The notes: generated by a model not told the origin, from the sequence alone. 20,000 nt of DNA from an uncultured virus (IMG/VR IMGVR_UViG_3300031857_013780) (IMGVR_UViG_3300031857_013780:52390-72389), one strand, 5' to 3'. Counted from the stretch's first letter, positions 1 to 9,774 are shown. Translations and numbers: made by a program.

Positions 1-1
1 T

Positions 2-943
2 CAAGATGGTAGTTACTTAGCCGAGTATTTACTTTCTTTAGGGTATGACGTTTATGGTATAGTAAGAAGAAATTCAACTCCCGAACATCAACAAACAAGA
101 TTAGACCCAATAAAAAACAAATTAAAAATATTTTATGGAGATTTGTTGGACCAAGGAGGGATTGAGCGTTTATTGGACGATATACAACCAGACGAGATAT
201 ATAATATCGCTGCACAATCGCATGTAAGAATTAGTTTTGATATACCTCAATTCACTGTTCAAACAAATTCTTTAGGTGTTTTGAACATTTTGGAAGCATA
301 TAGGAGATCTTGTCCTTCTGCTAAATTTTATCAAGCTAGTTCATCTGAAATGTTTGGTAATTCTGTAGATGATGATGGGTTTCAAAGAGAAACAACCCCT
401 ATGACTCCCGTTTCACCTTATGGTTGCTCAAAAGTATTTGGTTACAATATTGTTAGAAATTACAGGAATGCTTATAAATTACATGCGGTAAATGGAATAT
501 TATTCAATCACGAATCACCAAGGAGAGGATCTAACTTTGTAACAAATAAAGTAGTTAAAGCTGCGGTTAAAATTAAATTAGGTTTACAAGATAAATTAGA
601 ATTGGGTAATATGGACTCATATAGGGATTGGGGACATTCTAAAGATTATGTTAGAGCAATGCATATGATAATCAATAATTATAGTCCCGAAGACTTTGTT
701 GTTTCTACAATGCAAACACATTCGGTACGTGAAATGGTTGATTATGTTTTTACAAAACTAGAATTAGATTACAGAGAATATGTTGTACAAAACCCAAAAC
801 ACATGAGACCAGAAGAACTAAAATATTTAAAGGGAGACTCAACAAAAATAAGAAAAACATTAGGATGGGAACCGGAATATACTTTTGAAATGTTAATGGA
901 TGAAATGGTTGAGTATTGGATGAATCATTATACAAAAAAATAA
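2..943 (+). CDS. gmd: GDP-mannose 4,6-dehydratase (5' end outside window)
   Basis: Frame is open from base 2 (QDGSYLAEYLLSLGYDVYGIVRRNS, the Gmd N-terminal motif). It also has AAQSHV, QASSSEMFG, SPYGCSK (YxxxK), LFNHESPRRG and LGNMDSYRDWGH. Confidence 0.96.
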   Translation, partial: QDGSYLAEYLLSLGYDVYGIVRRNSTPEHQQTRLDPIKNKLKIFYGDLLDQGGIERLLDDIQPDEIYNIAAQSHVRISFDIPQFTVQTNSLGVLNILEAYRRSCPSAKFYQASSSEMFGNSVDDDGFQRETTPMTPVSPYGCSKVFGYNIVRNYRNAYKLHAVNGILFNHESPRRGSNFVTNKVVKAAVKIKLGLQDKLELGNMDSYRDWGHSKDYVRAMHMIINNYSPEDFVVSTMQTHSVREMVDYVFTKLELDYREYVVQNPKHMRPEELKYLKGDSTKIRKTLGWEPEYTFEMLMDEMVEYWMNHYTKK

Positions 944-962
944 ATAATAAATTCAAATAAAA

Positions 963-1886
963 ATGGATAATAAAATTGGTTGGTTAGTTAACGATACTTT
1001 AACGTGTATACCAAACACAAAGACATTTTGGCACGATTTGTTAGAATGGTTCCCTAACTTACAGGATAAATGTAATGGTTACACTGATTTTTCTGTACTT
1101 GCCGAAAAAATAGAATCAATAAAAGATAGACCTGATTATATTATTAGAAATGGAACTTATTTTCGTAAGTTAAATATCGACGTACCCACTTTTTGTTTAA
1201 TTCAAGATACATATAATGACCCGGTACAGACAGAAGTAATAAACACATCAACGTGTGTTGTATTTGCATCTAAACAAACATACAATATCTATAAAGACAG
1301 AATTAATCCAAAAAACGTAAGGATAATTGAACAGTCATCTGATTTTGATTTTTTTAAACCGATTGAAGAACGTCATCCCGATGTTTTACCTAATTCAATA
1401 ATTTTTATTGGTGACTCTTCACATGAAAAAAAAGGGTTTCATAGGGTATTAAATTTAATAGAATTATTACCTGAATTTAATTTTTGTTTAGTAATGAAGG
1501 ATAATACAAGTATAGAGGCAATACCAGAAAATAGTAGGAATAGGGTTCGTATTTTTAATAAGGTTGATAGGGGTACGGTCAGACTTTTAATTAATTCGTC
1601 AGTATGTGCGATATGTACTTCAGGTAATGAGGAAGGGCATTTTGCAGGAATTGAAATTGGGGCGTGTAACATACCTATGGTGTCAAGACCTATGGGTTGT
1701 TACTTAGATAGAAAAGACGATAAGAGTTGGGGTTTAATTTCAAGTGATGAGGATTTCCCTGAGACCATAAGATATGTTGTTAATAATCTTAATTTATTTT
1801 CTCCACGTAAATATTATTCTAAAGATTATACTTTAGATAGTTGTCGTAAAAAATGGACTAATTTAATAAATGAGTTTGTCAAATAA
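963..1886 (+). CDS. GT-B fold glycosyltransferase, GT4/Glycos_transf_1-like
   Basis: IFIG..HEKKG motif and an EX7E motif (EEGHFAGIE) followed by GACNIPMV; lies in the sugar cluster. Confidence 0.75.
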   Translation: MDNKIGWLVNDTLTCIPNTKTFWHDLLEWFPNLQDKCNGYTDFSVLAEKIESIKDRPDYIIRNGTYFRKLNIDVPTFCLIQDTYNDPVQTEVINTSTCVVFASKQTYNIYKDRINPKNVRIIEQSSDFDFFKPIEERHPDVLPNSIIFIGDSSHEKKGFHRVLNLIELLPEFNFCLVMKDNTSIEAIPENSRNRVRIFNKVDRGTVRLLINSSVCAICTSGNEEGHFAGIEIGACNIPMVSRPMGCYLDRKDDKSWGLISSDEDFPETIRYVVNNLNLFSPRKYYSKDYTLDSCRKKWTNLINEFVK

Positions 1887-1895
1887 TTTATTAAT

Positions 1896-2744
1896 ATGAA
1901 ATTTACAGTAGAGGTTTTATCTGGTCTGTGTAATGTTCTTAAATCATTTGTGACAGCATTAAGTATGACAGATGTTGGTAATACTAATATTTTACCTAAA
2001 TATAATAATTGGTTTGACGCAAATTATACTGAAATTTTAGATGACTCTTTAATTTGCCACGGCGATCATGAATTTGGGGAATCTTTTGTTTCTGCTAGAT
2101 TCCTTATTTTGAAATCAGAAGAAGCAGATCAACCAGACTTAATTAATGATGCAAAAAGTTTAGGGGACCACCCAAATATTAGAAACAAATCGTTATCACA
2201 TTTATTTTCAACACACTCCATAGATTGGTTTTATGATAGAAATCTTATATCCGATAAAGTGTATAAAAGAATACAAACAGGAATTAATAGAATCAAATGG
2301 AAAGATGAAGTTTTATCTGAGGTTGGCAGAGTTTCAAAAGATTTTGAATATCCGTTATTAACGGTACAAATACGAACTTGGACACATAGATTTGACCCGC
2401 CTAATTGCACAAGTATACGTGATGGGGTTGTAAGAGATTATAATTTTGAAACGTATAAAAACGCGATTGATGGTTTTCTACAAAATGAGAATCCTCCAAA
2501 AACAATTTTTTTGACTTCAGATTCTGATTCTGTGTTACAAACTTATATTGATTATTTTAAAAATTATAATGTAAACGTAGTAACATATACCCAACCAGAT
2601 AATATTACTCAAATGCAGTACTCCGCAGCAAGCATGTTAATTGGGTCAAAGTGTGATATGTTAGTATGTAATCGTTTGAGTACATTCGCAGAATGTATTT
2701 GGTGGTTTGGTGAATGTAAAGCAAAAACAATACCGTTGTTTTAA
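1896..2744 (+). CDS. Fucosyltransferase-like GT (GT11/GT23/NodZ-type motifs)
   Basis: GLCN (cf. GLGN), VQIRTW (cf. VHIRRGD), IFLTSD and SKCD...STFAECIWW (cf. STFSWW) occur in the order expected for GDP-fucose-dependent transferases; near gmd. Confidence 0.7.
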   Translation: MKFTVEVLSGLCNVLKSFVTALSMTDVGNTNILPKYNNWFDANYTEILDDSLICHGDHEFGESFVSARFLILKSEEADQPDLINDAKSLGDHPNIRNKSLSHLFSTHSIDWFYDRNLISDKVYKRIQTGINRIKWKDEVLSEVGRVSKDFEYPLLTVQIRTWTHRFDPPNCTSIRDGVVRDYNFETYKNAIDGFLQNENPPKTIFLTSDSDSVLQTYIDYFKNYNVNVVTYTQPDNITQMQYSAASMLIGSKCDMLVCNRLSTFAECIWWFGECKAKTIPLF

Positions 2745-2768
2745 AAAATAAATTAAAAAAAATATATT

Positions 2769-3296
2769 ATGGAAGATAAGTTAGGTTACCCCGGGTTTAA
2801 ACACAACCATTCGGATTTTATTGCAGAACTAGTAAAACAAATAAATTGTAAAACATACTTAGAATTAGGTGTGTACGATGGTACCACAATGTCCTTAGTT
2901 TATCCACATGTAAAAAAATTAATTGGGGTCGATATTAAAGATGTTAGGAATTTTAAAGGGGGCGATTTTTACTTAGAAAGCACCGACAGTTTTTTTTCCC
3001 ATTTCAATGAAATTGTAGATGTTGTCTTTATTGATGCCGATCACAATTTCGAATCAGTAAAAAAAGATTTCGAAAATTCTATAAAGTTATTAAACAAATT
3101 CGGCATGATAATTTTACATGACACTGACCCAATGGAAGAAATGTACTTGAATCCTAATTATTGTGGTGACTCATATAAAATGGATGAATGGATTAGAGAA
3201 AACTATACAGATTTGGATATTATGACACTACCTTTAACACAAGCGGGTTTAACAATTGTAAAAAGAAAATCCGATAAAAGAATTAATAATTTTTAA
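2769..3296 (+). CDS. Class I SAM-dependent methyltransferase (Methyltransf_24-like), probably sugar O-methylation
   Basis: YLELGVYDG, VFIDADH and IILHDT motifs. Confidence 0.85.
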   Translation: MEDKLGYPGFKHNHSDFIAELVKQINCKTYLELGVYDGTTMSLVYPHVKKLIGVDIKDVRNFKGGDFYLESTDSFFSHFNEIVDVVFIDADHNFESVKKDFENSIKLLNKFGMIILHDTDPMEEMYLNPNYCGDSYKMDEWIRENYTDLDIMTLPLTQAGLTIVKRKSDKRINNF

Positions 3297-4259
3297 ATGA
3301 AAAAAGAAAAGGTATTAGTAGTAGGAGGATCGGGTTACATTGGCGGTTTAACCTGTGATTATTTAATAAGAGACGGTTTCGATGTTACTGTTTTTGATAA
3401 TTTATTGTATGAGAATAGATTTTTAAAAGATATTAGTTTTATACATGGAGATATCAGAGATACTGAAAAAATTTATGAGGTCTCAAAAGATTTTGACGTA
3501 ATAGTTTTGATGGCAGCTTTGGTTGGTGATCCTGCATGTAGTGTTGACCCTACCTTAACCGAAGAAATCAATTTTAAATCCATAAAAAATTTTTGTGACG
3601 TAGTTTTACCAAATAAACATTTAGTGTTCATGTCAACCTGTTCTGTTTATGGCGCACAAGAAGGTCTTTTAAATGAAGAGAGCCCCACTAACCCACTGTC
3701 TTCTTACGCTTCAACAAAACTAGCTGCCGAAAAATATATTTTAGATAAGGGCGGAACCGTATTTAGGTTAGGTACTGTTTTTGGTTTAGGGGATACATAC
3801 TCAAGGTTAAGAATGGATTTAGTTGTTAACGTGCTGACAATGAAAGCAGTAAAAGAAAATGAGATAACAATAAATGGTGGAGAACAATGGAGACCAATCA
3901 TCGCAGTAAAAGATATTGCAGAATATGTTACAGAAGCATGTAAAGAAAAATATAGTGGTGTATTTGTTTTAGCAAAAGAAAATGTTATAATTAGAGAGTT
4001 AGGTGAAAAAGTTGCAAAACTAATACCAGGGACTAAAATAAACTATACAGAAATTTCTTTTCAAGATGCGAGAAATTATAGAGTTGATAACACAAAATCT
4101 TTGGTGACTTTTAAATACAAACCACAAGTAACTGTAGAAGATGAAGTAAAAAGAATGTTAGAGATGTTTAAAGAAAATAGGGTAAAAAACCCAGAAGATA
4201 AAGTTTACCACAATGGTGCTTATTTAAAAAATAAAAAAGAAAAAAACGAAGTTATTTAA
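3297..4259 (+). CDS. NAD-dependent nucleotide-sugar epimerase/dehydratase (extended SDR)
   Basis: GGSGYIG, GDIRD, STCSVYG, YASTK (YxxxK); ATG directly follows the upstream TAA. Confidence 0.9.
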   Translation: MKKEKVLVVGGSGYIGGLTCDYLIRDGFDVTVFDNLLYENRFLKDISFIHGDIRDTEKIYEVSKDFDVIVLMAALVGDPACSVDPTLTEEINFKSIKNFCDVVLPNKHLVFMSTCSVYGAQEGLLNEESPTNPLSSYASTKLAAEKYILDKGGTVFRLGTVFGLGDTYSRLRMDLVVNVLTMKAVKENEITINGGEQWRPIIAVKDIAEYVTEACKEKYSGVFVLAKENVIIRELGEKVAKLIPGTKINYTEISFQDARNYRVDNTKSLVTFKYKPQVTVEDEVKRMLEMFKENRVKNPEDKVYHNGAYLKNKKEKNEVI

Positions 4260-4675
4260 TGGAAACAAAAATATTAAATGGTGGGTTATCGGTAGACGAT
4301 AGAGGTTCGGTTAGTTTTGTAAATGATTTTAACTTTAACGGAGTAAAAAGATTTTACCAAGTTGAAAATCACAGAAGGGGGTTCATAAGGGCATGGCACG
4401 GACACAAAAATGAAGGTAAATACGTATATGTGACAAGTGGTTCGGCATTGATTGGTGTAGTAGATATGGAAACTGAAGAAATAAAAAAGTTTGTATTAAG
4501 TAGTAAAACACCAAAAATACTATGGATACCACCAGGTAATTATAATGGGTTTAAATCATTAGAAGAAAATACAAAAATAATATTTTTTTCAACATCAACA
4601 TTAGATGAAAGTTTAGGTGACGATATTAGACAAGAACACGACAAGTGGGATATATGGAATGAAGAATATAGATAA
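4259..4675 (+). CDS. RmlC-like cupin (dTDP-4-dehydrorhamnose 3,5-epimerase family)
   Basis: DDRG, RAWHGH and WIPPG.YNGF cupin motifs; TAATG overlap with the upstream gene. Confidence 0.85.
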   Translation: METKILNGGLSVDDRGSVSFVNDFNFNGVKRFYQVENHRRGFIRAWHGHKNEGKYVYVTSGSALIGVVDMETEEIKKFVLSSKTPKILWIPPGNYNGFKSLEENTKIIFFSTSTLDESLGDDIRQEHDKWDIWNEEYR

Positions 4676-4692
4676 AATATAAAATATAAAAT

Positions 4693-5517
4693 ATGAAAAT
4701 TTTTGTTATTGGAAGTACTGGAATGTTAGGGAAATACGTGTCTACGTATTTGAATGATTATTATGAAGTGGTTGAAATTAATAGAAAAGATATAGATGCG
4801 TCTTTAATTAAAGAGTCTGAATTAAAGGCAAGGTTTCTACATTTAAAAATTAATGAGGGCGACGTAGTAATTAACTGTGCCGGCACAATAAAACCAAGAG
4901 TAGACCAATTAGGTGATTTAAATGCGGTGTTAGTAAACTCAGTATTCCCAAGAATTTTAGCGAATGTATGTGACTATTACAAAGTAAAAATGATCCATCC
5001 AACAACTGACTGTGTATATTCAGGTAACAAAGGTAGTTATTCTGAAAATGATAATTATGACGTTTATGATGTATATGGAATGTCTAAAGCACTTGGAGAA
5101 CCAAAAAATTGTACAGTTATAAGAACATCGATTATAGGTGAAGAAGTAAATCAAGGCAGATCGCTTATAGAATGGGTTAAGTCTGAAAAAAATAAAACAG
5201 TTAATGGGTTTACTAATCATTTTTGGAATGGTGTAACTTGTCTAGAATTTGCAAAAATTTGTAAAAAAATGATTGATGAAAATTTATTTTGGAATGGTAC
5301 AAAACATTTACATTCAAATACGTTAAATAAAAAGGAATTAGTTGAATTAATAAGTAAATCATTTGAACTTAACGTTACTGTGGTTGAAAAACAAACTGAA
5401 AAAACTTGTGATAGAAGTTTGTCTACAATATATGATGATATAAACAAATTTGATATACCTACATTAAAAGATCAACTTAACGAGTTAAAGGATTTTTCAA
5501 TCAAACTTTATAAATAA
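4693..5517 (+). CDS. rmlD: RmlD-like dTDP-4-dehydrorhamnose reductase
   Basis: GSTGMLG, VINCAG, TTDCVYSG, YGMSK and RTSIIG; adjacent to the RmlC-like gene. Exact substrate is uncertain. Confidence 0.8.
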   Translation: MKIFVIGSTGMLGKYVSTYLNDYYEVVEINRKDIDASLIKESELKARFLHLKINEGDVVINCAGTIKPRVDQLGDLNAVLVNSVFPRILANVCDYYKVKMIHPTTDCVYSGNKGSYSENDNYDVYDVYGMSKALGEPKNCTVIRTSIIGEEVNQGRSLIEWVKSEKNKTVNGFTNHFWNGVTCLEFAKICKKMIDENLFWNGTKHLHSNTLNKKELVELISKSFELNVTVVEKQTEKTCDRSLSTIYDDINKFDIPTLKDQLNELKDFSIKLYK

Positions 5518-5522
5518 AAACT

Positions 5523-6254
5523 ATGACAAGAAAAAAACAACCACAAACCGAAGAACAAGAATCCAAACCTTTTTCAAAAAAAGACTTTATAAATTCAATA
5601 GTAAAGAAAAAACAAAAAAATAAGTTTTTAACTGAAAGTCAAGAACATTATTATAACCTCCTAAGAAACAATCAAATCACAATTTGTTCGGGACCAGCAG
5701 GTGTTGGTAAATCCTACATCGCAATGAAAGCGGCGGTTGATTTATTAATGGACCCATCAAATGCATATGAAAAATTGGTTATTGTTAGGCCGGCAGTAGA
5801 AGCTGAAGAAAAACTTGGTTCATTACCTGGTAACTTAGAAGAAAAATTAGACCCTTACATTTTTCCATCTTATTATCTATTAAATAAAATTATAGGTAAG
5901 GAGGCAAGAGAAAAATTAAAAGATGCCGAAATTATTGAAGTATTTGCTTTAGCATACATGAGAGGTATGAATATAGATAATACAATTTTAATATTTGAAG
6001 AAGCTCAAAACTCAAGCCCAAATCAAATGAAATTACTATTGACAAGAATAGGATTCAATAGTAAATTCTTTATATCAGGAGATATTGAACAAACTGACCG
6101 TTATAGGGACAAAAAACAATCAGGTCTTTATGACGCAATTAAAAAGTTTAATGATGTTCACGATATTGGTGTGTTTGAGTTTGGTGATGGAGATGTGGTA
6201 AGAAACCCTCTTATAAGTAAGTTATTAAAAAAATATGAAGAGAATAGGGATTGA
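5523..6254 (+). CDS. phoH: PhoH-family ATPase
   Basis: Walker A GPAGVGKS, RPAVE..EKLG.LPG...EKLDPY, LAYMRG, EEAQN, SGD..Q.D and VVRNPLI. Confidence 0.95.
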   Translation: MTRKKQPQTEEQESKPFSKKDFINSIVKKKQKNKFLTESQEHYYNLLRNNQITICSGPAGVGKSYIAMKAAVDLLMDPSNAYEKLVIVRPAVEAEEKLGSLPGNLEEKLDPYIFPSYYLLNKIIGKEAREKLKDAEIIEVFALAYMRGMNIDNTILIFEEAQNSSPNQMKLLLTRIGFNSKFFISGDIEQTDRYRDKKQSGLYDAIKKFNDVHDIGVFEFGDGDVVRNPLISKLLKKYEENRD

Positions 6255-6885
6255 AATTAATGGTGTGTTAAGGGATACTATTGGCAAATTTACTCAGCTA
6301 TATGAAAAACATATGATTGAAGAAAAAAACGATGATAGTAAAACTTTTGAGTTAGATATGTCCGGAAATACCGAAGAAGTAATTTCTCCTGAAGAATTTG
6401 AATATAAAATTTTAAGTGACGTAACTTCCCTTAATTTAATGGAACACTTTAAATTTAATGGTGAAGATGAGTTATATTCTTTTATGTATGAAGATTTTGC
6501 AATGCAAATATTTGGTCACGCAGGATCCACTGAAACATTTACTTTTAACGATCTTAATGAAATATATTTAAATTATAGAGATAATAATGAATTACTTATT
6601 GTGTCAGATGAAATGGGCAAATCAAAACCAGCATCTTTATTTTTTCTTTCAAAGTTTGGGTGTTTGTTAGAAAAAATAAAATTTTATTCAAATGTTACAA
6701 TTAATTCAATGTGGAATGAAGTAGACATTTTACTTACGTCCAACCCTCAACTAATATTAGAAAAACCAAAAGATAAAATCGTAGTTAAATTTAATACGAA
6801 TTATAATAAAAATGTCAGTTGTGAATATGAAATAAACACATTGAAAGAATTTGACGAAACATTAAAAAAATTAAATATATGTTAG
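6235..6885 (+). CDS. HAD/5'(3')-deoxyribonucleotidase-like protein with degenerate catalytic motifs
   Basis: N-terminal RIGIEINGVLRD (cf. IGIDIDGVLRD); C-terminal DILLTSNP...KFNTNYN resembles the NT5C-like tail. Confidence 0.6.
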   Translation: MKRIGIEINGVLRDTIGKFTQLYEKHMIEEKNDDSKTFELDMSGNTEEVISPEEFEYKILSDVTSLNLMEHFKFNGEDELYSFMYEDFAMQIFGHAGSTETFTFNDLNEIYLNYRDNNELLIVSDEMGKSKPASLFFLSKFGCLLEKIKFYSNVTINSMWNEVDILLTSNPQLILEKPKDKIVVKFNTNYNKNVSCEYEINTLKEFDETLKKLNIC

Positions 6886-7166
6886 AATTTTTAGGAGAAA
6901 ACTATTTCTTGGACATTAATGAACTAGAAAAGCAAGTAAGTTACGAAAAATCTGTTTTACCTTTAACCACGGGCGATACAGAATCTCCAGAACAACAAAT
7001 AAGTGTAACAAGATTTGAAACCTTTAAAAGTTTGATAGAGGTTTTACTTACAGAACGTGAAGAGTTAGATGAAGATTTAGGTATACATGGGGCAAAAAAC
7101 TTAACAATCCCATTTAAAATCGCCTTCAACACTTTATTAATAAATAAAATACTTAAAAAGTTTTAA
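6879..7166 (+). CDS. Hypothetical protein (95 aa)
   Basis: Fills the gap exactly, overlaps the upstream stop, and has normal composition. Confidence 0.8.
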   Translation: MLEFLGENYFLDINELEKQVSYEKSVLPLTTGDTESPEQQISVTRFETFKSLIEVLLTEREELDEDLGIHGAKNLTIPFKIAFNTLLINKILKKF

Positions 7167-7169
7167 AAA

Positions 7170-8234
7170 ATGGAATTAGAAAAAATTGAAAAATTAGAAA
7201 AATCTGTCAACAGTTTAAAAAACAAGTTGTCAAGAATTTATTTTTTAGTGCAGGACACTAAAGGCAACCCAAAAGCTTCTGTTAAATACATTTATGACTT
7301 GGCTTTGATTCTTTCTAAGAAAGGTTATAACAGTATTATTATTCATGAAAGTCAAGATTATAAAGGAGTTTCTTCTTGGTTGAGTGAGGAGTATATGGAA
7401 TTACCTCATCAAACAATTGATGGTCAAAATTTGCAAATATCACCTGAAGATTTTATTATTATTCCTGAAATTTATGGTCATGTAATGGAGCAATTAAAAA
7501 ACTTTACTTGTGGTAAAATAGTTTTATGTCAGTCGTATGATTATATGTTAGAAACGTTAGCACCTGGAACTTCTTGGGCTAATTTTGGTTTTATAAAATG
7601 TATTACTACTAGTGAAAATCAAAAAAAATACATAACAGATATTTTTAGAAATGTTAGTGTGGATATTATTGAGCCAACAATTTCATCTATTTTTAATAAA
7701 AAAGAAAGACCCGCTAACCCTATTATTTCAATACACTCCAGAGAACAAAGAGATACTGCAAAAATTATAAAAACATTTTATTTAAAATATCCTCAGTTTA
7801 GATGGTTAACGTTTAGAGATATGAGAGGAATTAGTCAAAATGATTTTTCTAAATTCTTAAAAGAAAGTTATCTTTCTGTTTGGGTTGATGATATATCTTC
7901 TTTTGGTACTTTCCCTTTAGAATCTATGTCTTCAGGTACTCCTGTAATTGGTAAAGTTCCTTATTTACCTCACGAGTGGATGACTGAAAATAACGGTATT
8001 TGGACAAATAATACAAACGATATTGTTGATTATATTGCAAACTTTACGCAAAATTGGTTAGAAGATAATATTGCGGATAATCTTTACGAAGAAATTAAAA
8101 ATACTTCAGATAAATTTAAAGATATTGAAAAATTTGAAGGAGAGGTTGTTAAACTATTTGAAAAATATTTTGAGACCAGATTAGGAATATTTGAAGAACA
8201 ATTAGAAAAAATAAAATTAAACGTAGAAAATTAA
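7170..8234 (+). CDS. GT-B fold glycosyltransferase (GT4-like)
   Basis: SFGTFPLESMSSGTPVIG matches EGFGLPxLEAMxxGxPVI; N-terminal IYF...YIYDLA.IL and IIIPE. Confidence 0.75.
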   Translation: MELEKIEKLEKSVNSLKNKLSRIYFLVQDTKGNPKASVKYIYDLALILSKKGYNSIIIHESQDYKGVSSWLSEEYMELPHQTIDGQNLQISPEDFIIIPEIYGHVMEQLKNFTCGKIVLCQSYDYMLETLAPGTSWANFGFIKCITTSENQKKYITDIFRNVSVDIIEPTISSIFNKKERPANPIISIHSREQRDTAKIIKTFYLKYPQFRWLTFRDMRGISQNDFSKFLKESYLSVWVDDISSFGTFPLESMSSGTPVIGKVPYLPHEWMTENNGIWTNNTNDIVDYIANFTQNWLEDNIADNLYEEIKNTSDKFKDIEKFEGEVVKLFEKYFETRLGIFEEQLEKIKLNVEN

Positions 8235-8239
8235 TTAAT

Positions 8240-9043
8240 ATGGAAAAATTCGATGTATCGGTAATATTACCACTATCAAGCTCAAAAGTTAGAGGGTTTG
8301 ATGAATTGTTAGAAAGATCAATAAAATCTTTAAAAAATCAGTCATTACCAATAAATGAATTAATTATTGTCCATTCAACAGATGAATCATTAATCAGCCA
8401 TTTATCAAATTTTGATTTTGAAGAGTTACCTGTAAGGTTAGTAGAAAATAAAGGATCTTTTGATTTTGGAACACAAGTTAATTTGGGGGTAAACGAATCA
8501 AATAGTAAATGGGTTTCTATTTTAGAGTTTGATGATGAATACTCGTCAATCTGGTTTAAGAATGTAAATGATTATGAAAAATCTTTTCCTGAAGTAGATG
8601 TATTTTTACCTTTGGTTGTTGACACAGATGAAAAGGGTGTTTTTGCTGGATTTACAAATGAAGCAACATTCGCCGTAAGTATGAATAGTGAGTTAGGATA
8701 TTTAACAAATGAACTATTGTTAAATTATCAAAATTTTCAAACAAGTGGAATGGTTGTTAAAAAAGAAAAGTTCTTAGAGAATGGAGGATTTAAACCATCA
8801 ATAAAATTAACTTTTGTTTATGAACTTTTATTAAGAATGACATATAATTCTAATAAGATATTAACAATTCCTAGAATTGGTTACAAACATACAAATATGA
8901 GAGAAGGTTCATTATTTTGGAGCTACAAATATGGTGAGGAAAAAATCTCCGACAATGAGGTTAGTTTTTGGTTAGAAACCGCAAAAAAAGAACATTTCTT
9001 TACTACAGATAGAAATATAAAGTATGTTGAAGAAAATGTTTAA
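8240..9043 (+). CDS. GT-A fold glycosyltransferase family 2-like
   Basis: VSVILP, SLKNQS, ELIIV, NLGV...WVSILEFDD and YELLLR follow the GT2 motif order. Confidence 0.8.
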   Translation: MEKFDVSVILPLSSSKVRGFDELLERSIKSLKNQSLPINELIIVHSTDESLISHLSNFDFEELPVRLVENKGSFDFGTQVNLGVNESNSKWVSILEFDDEYSSIWFKNVNDYEKSFPEVDVFLPLVVDTDEKGVFAGFTNEATFAVSMNSELGYLTNELLLNYQNFQTSGMVVKKEKFLENGGFKPSIKLTFVYELLLRMTYNSNKILTIPRIGYKHTNMREGSLFWSYKYGEEKISDNEVSFWLETAKKEHFFTTDRNIKYVEENV

Positions 9044-9774
9044 TGTTAGTTAATGATGAAAACAAAGAATTAAAAAAGAAAAAGGCGAATAAAAATAATT
9101 ATTTTGATATTCGCGAAGAAGAGGCAGTTATTAACTATATTAATAGTGAAGACCAAAGAGAAAAAGAGTTTATATATAACAATTTTTTAAGAGATCCTCT
9201 TGATAAGATGATAGATTCTATTATTAGAAGATATAAATTATACAGAAAAGATATGGATTATAAAGATCTTCACACAGATACCCATTCTTTTCTTATGACA
9301 AAAGTAGATAAGTTTAAGCCAGATAAGAATAAGAAGGCTTATTCTTATTTTGGTACCATATGTAAAAATTATTTAATGGGTCAAATACAAAAAGATCAAA
9401 GGGAAATGAATAGAAAAATTTCTTATGAAGACATTTCTACAAGTTTGGAAAATAGACCTGATTTAATATATTATATAGAAAACGAAGAGATTGACGCAGA
9501 AAAAATAATTGATGTATTTTTACAAGACTTGAAAACATATATTCAGGATATGAAATTAAACGACTCGGAAATGAAATTAGGTCAATCATTAATAGAGTTG
9601 TTTAACAACTACGGAAACATTTTTATAGGTAACGACAATAATAAGTTTAATAAAAATATAATACTTTTATCTTTACGTGAAATGACTAATTTATCCACAA
9701 AAGAGATTAGATTATATCTTAAAAAATATAAGACTCTTTATCTGACTACTTTAGAAAAGATAAAAAAGGATTGA
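9043..9774 (+). CDS. Phage sigma factor, T4 gp55-like (late transcription)
   Basis: Basic N-terminus with NNYF, then KFKPDKNKKAYSYFGTICKNYL resembling sigma region 2 of gp55-type factors (FD..K...AY.T..C.N.F); sits directly before probable virion genes. Confidence 0.65.
   Translation: MLVNDENKELKKKKANKNNYFDIREEEAVINYINSEDQREKEFIYNNFLRDPLDKMIDSIIRRYKLYRKDMDYKDLHTDTHSFLMTKVDKFKPDKNKKAYSYFGTICKNYLMGQIQKDQREMNRKISYEDISTSLENRPDLIYYIENEEIDAEKIIDVFLQDLKTYIQDMKLNDSEMKLGQSLIELFNNYGNIFIGNDNNKFNKNIILLSLREMTNLSTKEIRLYLKKYKTLYLTTLEKIKKD

Noticed and set aside
143..145. TTG start for gmd
   Set aside because: The frame is open to the window edge and contains the conserved QDGSYLAE motif upstream.
4672..4692. 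ATAAAAT x3 tandem repeat before the rmlD-like gene
   Set aside because: Short and AT-only; likely slippage in an A-rich initiation region.
1..9043. Ordinary cellular O-antigen or capsule locus
   Set aside because: No export, polymerase or priming genes are seen, and the locus runs directly into phoH, a gp55-like sigma and spike genes. Not fully excluded without the flanks.
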